A DNA stretch of 15,882 nucleotides. Origin: Candidatus Acetothermia bacterium (GTDB taxonomy: Bacteria > Bipolaricaulota > Bipolaricaulia > M55B111). Position 1 is the first letter of the stretch. Each line of letters starts with the position of its first letter. The stretch is taken from assembly GCA_046543235.1 (NCBI GenBank), contig JBKGZT010000033.1, positions 1 to 15,882 of the forward strand, read 5' to 3'. Below are positions 15,246-15,882 of this stretch, in pieces. The notes under the pieces are model-generated. The model had not been told where the DNA came from and did not search any database. It worked only from the letters and a program-made list of their open reading frames with translations. Made by a program: the position numbers and the translations under genes.

Positions 15246-15316
15246 CAAAGTTACGAAACCGTTCCGGCTGGAAAGGACCGGGGAACCCACGGGCTCGTAC
15301 GAAAACGGAGGTAAAA

Positions 15317-15517
15317 ATGAAAAACGTCAAACTGGGTATCGTCACTCTGATATCGGTGGTCCTGATCGTAATAATATTCCAGAACCTGGAACCAGTATCG
15401 ACCCGCTTGCTATTCGCGACCGTAAAGATGCCAAGAGCAGCCCTGCTTTTCCTCACGGCTGCCGCGGGTTTCGCTCTGGGGCTATTCGCCCGCTTCACCT
15501 TCTTAAAGCGAGATTGA
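15317..15517 (+). CDS. LapA/DUF1049-family small membrane protein
   Basis: TM-IIFQNxxPV-x-LLF...MPxAALLFLT...GFALG-TM pattern typical of LapA-domain proteins. GGAGGT RBS at 15307-15312. Confidence 0.8.
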   Translation: MKNVKLGIVTLISVVLIVIIFQNLEPVSTRLLFATVKMPRAALLFLTAAAGFALGLFARFTFLKRD

Positions 15518-15595
15518 ACGACGCGACACCTAAAAACAAAAATATTCGCCGTAGACCCGACCTTCATTGAAGCATAACAATCCATTCGGCCTCCG

Positions 15596-15828
15596 ATGAA
15601 GAACTCAAGCGAGTCCTCCGCGACAATTAAGGAACTTACAAACAAAAGGGATATTGTGCTAGTACTCGGCGGTACTGATATGAAAAAACCACCTTTGTCC
15701 GGATTGCACATGCCGAGACCGAGAACGGAGTTATCGGCGCCGACCTGGGGCAGCTTCGGATAGGCCCACGTGGGGGGCGAAACCTAGTGGGGGCGGAAAC
15801 GATAACCGAGATCACCGGGTCCGCCTGA
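15596..15828 (+). pseudogene. Frameshifted Clp1/Grc3-family polynucleotide 5'-OH kinase remnant (may continue beyond the window)
   Basis: ATG 15596 reads ...DIVLVLGGTDM. After a frameshift in the A6 run at 15683-15688 it reads KTTFVRI...VIGADLGQLRIGP, matching the Clp1 P-loop G-x-x-D-x-GKTT and DADxGQxxIGP motifs. Stops at 15761-15763 and 15826-15828. Confidence 0.65.
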
Positions 15829-15882
15829 AGGTCCTGCTCAGGGCCAGAGAATTCTACATGATCAAGGCGGAAAAAGGCATGT

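Noticed and set aside
15268..15292. c-di-AMP (ydaO) riboswitch suggested by GGAAAGGACCGGGGAACC
   Set aside because: The leader is only ~65 nt and lacks the second half of the pseudo-symmetric aptamer.
15208..15711. 167-aa - strand ORF and 119-aa + strand ORF 15211-15570
   Set aside because: Both overlap the LapA-like gene, which has a clear promoter, RBS and family pattern.
15708..15882. 6S-like ncRNA suggested by ACATGCC/GGCATGT terminal complementarity
   Set aside because: Only 7 bp at the window edge, and the region is better explained as a Clp1-like coding remnant.

Overview
Bacterial chromosomal window whose proteins are noticeably rich in Asp/Glu. This suggests a salt-adapted anaerobe; a Bipolaricaulota/Acetothermia-like origin is only a guess. 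The left part is a tightly packed + strand operon (secreted M1 zinc peptidase fused to an Omp85/BamA-like beta-barrel, pheT, tsaE), then tRNA-Leu(CAG) with its own promoter and a sulfotransferase-like gene. A - strand run follows: InhA-like fabI, an internally deleted TIGR01777/YfcH pseudogene, DUF4416, an Asp-ligated Pyrococcus-type ferredoxin and a SAM methyltransferase. Next come an Fe-alcohol dehydrogenase, DUF2177, a small membrane protein, a ~1 kb AT-richer gene-poor zone, mgtE, a membrane-anchored coiled-coil protein, a LapA-like protein and a frameshifted Clp1-family RNA kinase remnant. The most notable observations are the M1-Omp85 fusion lacking the GXMEN Glu, a family of covarying IS200/IS605-end-like hairpins with no transposase in view, two pseudogenes missed by the ORF track, and structured leaders before mgtE and the LapA-like gene. 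All family calls come from motif recognition by eye, not from database searches.
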